NCBI GenBank assembly: GCA_032718475.1
Contig: JAUCBJ010005606.1
Coordinates: forward strand, 1,471-65,470
Length of the DNA: 64,000 bases
Source of the DNA: Nemertoderma westbladi
Taxonomy: Eukaryota; Animalia; Xenacoelomorpha
Direction of reading: 5' to 3'
The position numbers and the translations under genes are program-made. The notes beneath the pieces are model-generated. The model searched no databases. It saw only the letters and a program-made list of their open reading frames with translations, and was not told where the DNA came from. Shown in pieces: positions 60,178-64,000 of the stretch (position 1 is the stretch's first letter; each line of letters starts with the position of its first letter).

Positions 60178-63057
60178 ATGCTGCGATACTCCATAAATAC
60201 TGTTTTCCTATATATTTTAATTTTAATTACTCATACCAGTTATTGTTTAGCAGCTGAAACTATTGCTCAGATAAGTGATGAAAGTGAACTCGTAGAAGAA
60301 TACAAGGGGCCAAAGGAGTCTGTTGACTGCAGTTGTTCATCTAATCAGGATCCATGTCATCTAAGATCCCGAGATATACTTAAAGGGGAAGAATATGTGA
60401 GCTGCACAAATTCAAATGGAGAACGTAATGAATGGTACTACAGAGATCAAAGGTTAACACCTGATGAATTTATCCAACCGGACGAGACACGATATCATAT
60501 AACAAGTGTTGATTATTGGAAATATAACACATCGCCATTAGAGTGCAAAACAAAGAAGAAAAAACACGATGACAGATGCGAAATAACTCTCATTATAGAA
60601 TATCCTGCAGAAAAGGTTCAAGTATATCATGGTATATTGCCGTTGACTGATTTAAGAGTTAAGGCCGGTGATGATGTTGTGTTACGATGCAAATATACAG
60701 ATGGTTATCCTAAGACACAAACCCATCTATGGTATAAAGATGATGCTATTTTACCAGGTGATTTCTCCAATACGCTTTCCATTACAGATATATTGAAAAC
60801 AGATGCTGGACGATACAAATGTGCTGCTAAAACAACATATAGCTTTGGGTCTGATTACGAGATAATTCAGTCAAACAGTGGAAAAATTACAGTTGAATAT
60901 TGTGATAATGTAATACTATATTTTAGTTATAAATGGTACGAACCACAAGCTGATAGCCTCTCGAAATACAAAGTAACAATTGTAGTTGGGGAATTTGCAA
61001 AGTTTATGTGGAGATTCAAGTCATCAACTAATATGTTTTTCGTATGGAACGGAAAAGCAACACAAGAGTTCGGACAATCACTTGAATTTACAGCTACAAA
61101 GGAGAGTAAAGGGATTGTAAATACTGAGGCAGAATGCAGTTTCCAGTGTGAAGATTGCCGTTCTGTAAGTTACAGAGCACAAATAGATATTGATACAATA
61201 TACTGCATCGATGCAAAGCTGCGAATTACCACCAATGGGGAAGCACCCCTAAAGCTAAATGATGGAAGCTTCCTTGTTATGAAAGACAGTGACGTTGTGA
61301 TGCAACTAGAGGTTGATGCTAATATAGACCACCAATTTGCCTGGAATGGACCTGGAATTCGTTCATTGGTTGAATCCTTTAATAAATCCAAACAACATTT
61401 TCAAGCAACACCAAATAGAAATGGCAAATTCGGTGCAACAGTTTCTTGTTTTTACAATTTAGAATTCGAATATGAAAACCACCATAATTTTGATTTTAAC
61501 TTAACAGTTGGAGTGTCTCCAGATTTGGAAATAGAAAAACAAGACATGTATGTTGATAAATCAGGTAATGTAACCATGATGTGTAAAGCCGTAAGCAATC
61601 CACCACCTACAGGAGTTTACGGGGCTGTGCACTGGCGATATAATGATCCAAATAGTTATCCAATTCAAGCAGATAACCAAAAGACATTCCTTTCAATAGA
61701 CTCGGAGGATATATCAAGTAATGGCATTATTACACATTGGAATACTGAAACATTTTTAAAAATAACAAATATTGAAGTAAAAGATGCTGGAATATATTAT
61801 TGTGATTTCATTAATGGCGTTGGAATACTTGGAAGTGGTGTAATTTCCCTTCATGTCAGATCTGAACCAGAAAGTATTGATGTAAGTTCATTGGAAGTCA
61901 AGTATATCGATGCATCAACCATGGAAATAACATGGAATGAAAGCTTTAATGGTGGGTATGCACAGTATTATCTGATAGAGTTATATAGTCTACAACAAGA
62001 TATAACTAACGATACATCTCCAAATTTAATACAGTCGTTAAATCTAACAAACAGAAGATTTGTTCAAGGAGGTATTAGTGATCAGCATTCCTATGAAATA
62101 ATTTGTCAATCATGCAACCAACTAGGTTGCAGTAGAAAGAACAATGCCTTTATTCAGTACGATTATAATGCAGAGAAATTAACTGGTGGTTCATCAGCTG
62201 GAACGACAATTGTCATTGCAGTCGTGGTGTCAGTAACTATAATTGTAATCATGGTTATTGCTTTGTATTATTTTGTAGTTCGAGTAACAGCAAGACGATC
62301 TGATAAATTTAAATCATTTGAAAATCCCCCAAAGCAAGGTAACTCACAGGCGGTTGTGGGTGATGATGATTATATGGTGTATGATGTAAACAAAAGAGCA
62401 AGCAACAGGAAATCTCTCACTGAGTATGCTCTCAGAAAAAAACATAATCGTGAATCTTCACATCCAAAAGAGATAGACATGAACAAAGATGCGGCTGATT
62501 TGTATGCAGAGTATGCAGTTTCTGGAGGATCAATGGAAAATCTAAAGAGAGAATTGGAAGCAATCAAGAGTAAATCACCGCATAGAAATACATATGTTGT
62601 TGATAACTCTCGACCAGCAAGAATCATAGAAAATAATAGTAACACCTTTGGTGTCAAGGTACCAGCATTAACAGATCACCATAATCAAACTACAAGTGAA
62701 GATATATACAGCAGCGGAGATTATTTGGAACTAGAAAGTGAAACTTACTACGATGTGAATTCCTTCAAAGAGAAGACACAGCCATCGTCAGTAATGAAGC
62801 AAGGTGGATTCTTTAAATCAGTGAAGGGTCTTAGGAAGAAGTTATTGGTTGTTAATAAGAATGGCCCGGATGCCAATGTACCAAGTACCAGTGATCACGA
62901 ATATTTCGTCTATGACAATAAATCTCAGTTATGCACCCAGGGAGTTGCACCAGTAAAATCAATAATCGAAGCTGATGATGACCAACCTGATATAAGTAAT
63001 GAACTATATTTTGTGTTGGAGCAAGATGCAGTTGATGAATATTCTGTTTACGGATAG
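60178..63057 (+). CDS. Receptor gene 4: single-ORF Ig/FN3/TM receptor with short tail, 959 aa
   Basis: Close paralog of gene 3 across its full length, with clustered substitutions in domains 1 and 3 and the juxtamembrane region. Confidence 0.93.
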   Translation: MLRYSINTVFLYILILITHTSYCLAAETIAQISDESELVEEYKGPKESVDCSCSSNQDPCHLRSRDILKGEEYVSCTNSNGERNEWYYRDQRLTPDEFIQPDETRYHITSVDYWKYNTSPLECKTKKKKHDDRCEITLIIEYPAEKVQVYHGILPLTDLRVKAGDDVVLRCKYTDGYPKTQTHLWYKDDAILPGDFSNTLSITDILKTDAGRYKCAAKTTYSFGSDYEIIQSNSGKITVEYCDNVILYFSYKWYEPQADSLSKYKVTIVVGEFAKFMWRFKSSTNMFFVWNGKATQEFGQSLEFTATKESKGIVNTEAECSFQCEDCRSVSYRAQIDIDTIYCIDAKLRITTNGEAPLKLNDGSFLVMKDSDVVMQLEVDANIDHQFAWNGPGIRSLVESFNKSKQHFQATPNRNGKFGATVSCFYNLEFEYENHHNFDFNLTVGVSPDLEIEKQDMYVDKSGNVTMMCKAVSNPPPTGVYGAVHWRYNDPNSYPIQADNQKTFLSIDSEDISSNGIITHWNTETFLKITNIEVKDAGIYYCDFINGVGILGSGVISLHVRSEPESIDVSSLEVKYIDASTMEITWNESFNGGYAQYYLIELYSLQQDITNDTSPNLIQSLNLTNRRFVQGGISDQHSYEIICQSCNQLGCSRKNNAFIQYDYNAEKLTGGSSAGTTIVIAVVVSVTIIVIMVIALYYFVVRVTARRSDKFKSFENPPKQGNSQAVVGDDDYMVYDVNKRASNRKSLTEYALRKKHNRESSHPKEIDMNKDAADLYAEYAVSGGSMENLKRELEAIKSKSPHRNTYVVDNSRPARIIENNSNTFGVKVPALTDHHNQTTSEDIYSSGDYLELESETYYDVNSFKEKTQPSSVMKQGGFFKSVKGLRKKLLVVNKNGPDANVPSTSDHEYFVYDNKSQLCTQGVAPVKSIIEADDDQPDISNELYFVLEQDAVDEYSVYG

Positions 63058-64000
63058 GAAATTATATAAATAATAATAATAATAATAATAAGCAACTTCA
63101 ATTGATTTCAATTCTTTTAATTAAAGAATCTTGTCGACTTTAAGTTTAAAGAATGTCGACAATATACACTATGAACTCAATCCTCAAATGTTGTCCTCAA
63201 TAGTGTACCAACCACATCACACCATTTAAATTAATTTATTTATATTATTTATATACTTTATTACATGTCATACATATAATTTAATATAATTTCTGCGATA
63301 ACTAAAAGAACGTTTTAAAACGTTTTTCAATTTATTTTGTTATTTTTAATCTATTAATTATTTTTTGTATCTGAATTCACGGTGAAGATTTCCATGAAAT
63401 ATAATCATTGATGTACACACTACGGGCTTAATACATGCAGATATGTGTGGCATTTCCAAAATCTAGATCGGCCACTTTTCGTAGTCTCCTGAAAATTTAA
63501 ATTTAAGTCGAAATTTTCGAACTGATATATGTGTAAAATAGATTATATAATTATTATATTTACATTAAAATAAATATTACATTTATATTTATTGATGAAT
63601 GTAACTGATGATTATATATAATAATTATAAACTAATCTTCGACAACTTTTTCGTACTATTTGTAGGAATAACATGGTGCCAACATTATTGTACTGGAATA
63701 CATTCCGCAATAAATTCTGCATTGTATATTAAATTATAAATATTGAGCTATGTGGTGTGTATTTATATTATAATTCAAATTATTAGCTTAAATGATTAAA
63801 ATTAAAAAAACTATGGTCTGCAATGCATTATTATTACATCATTATTATATCATTATATTATTATATCACATTCCCGCCTCACCATTATTCCTGTGGCACA
63901 AATGTAGCCAGTAGTCTGCAGCATTATAGAAATGCGTACTTGCTGCGTTTCCATGGGGTCATTAGACCCGTGTTCTGATTTTTTAGGTGATATATTTTGG

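Noticed and set aside
40493-63057. Genes 3/4 (or 1/2) as uncollapsed haplotypes or an assembly duplication
   Set aside because: Flanks are highly diverged or unrelated and the differences are clustered, which is unlike allelic duplication. Long-read confirmation is still advisable.

Overview
AT-rich, transposon-dense genomic DNA from an animal, probably an invertebrate; the taxon cannot be determined from the sequence. The window holds four same-strand paralogous single-ORF (apparently intronless) type-I membrane receptor genes, starting at 6956, 22069, 40493 and 60178. Each encodes a signal peptide, about 5 Ig-like domains, one FN3 domain, a TM helix and a tyrosine-motif-rich tail. The ectodomain layout is nephrin/Sidestep-like and reminiscent of cnidarian Alr allorecognition proteins. 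The genes form two pairs: long-tail genes 1/2, which carry two extra Y-x-x-V-x-K repeats, and short-tail genes 3/4. Within pairs, differences cluster in membrane-distal domains while proximal domains and tails are nearly identical, and the flanking DNA is far more diverged. This pattern fits a diversifying, gene-converting receptor cluster, the best candidate for an undescribed system here. Intergenic DNA is mostly decayed mobile elements: RTE-, CR1/L2- and CRE-like LINE fragments, tRNA-derived SINEs, several TIR elements with target-site duplications, Helentron-like elements with tandem 3' ends, a BEL/Pao retrotransposon, a DDE-transposase/HECT-ligase pseudogene pair and three atypical hammerhead-like motifs. 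All calls are from reading by eye; no database searches were run.
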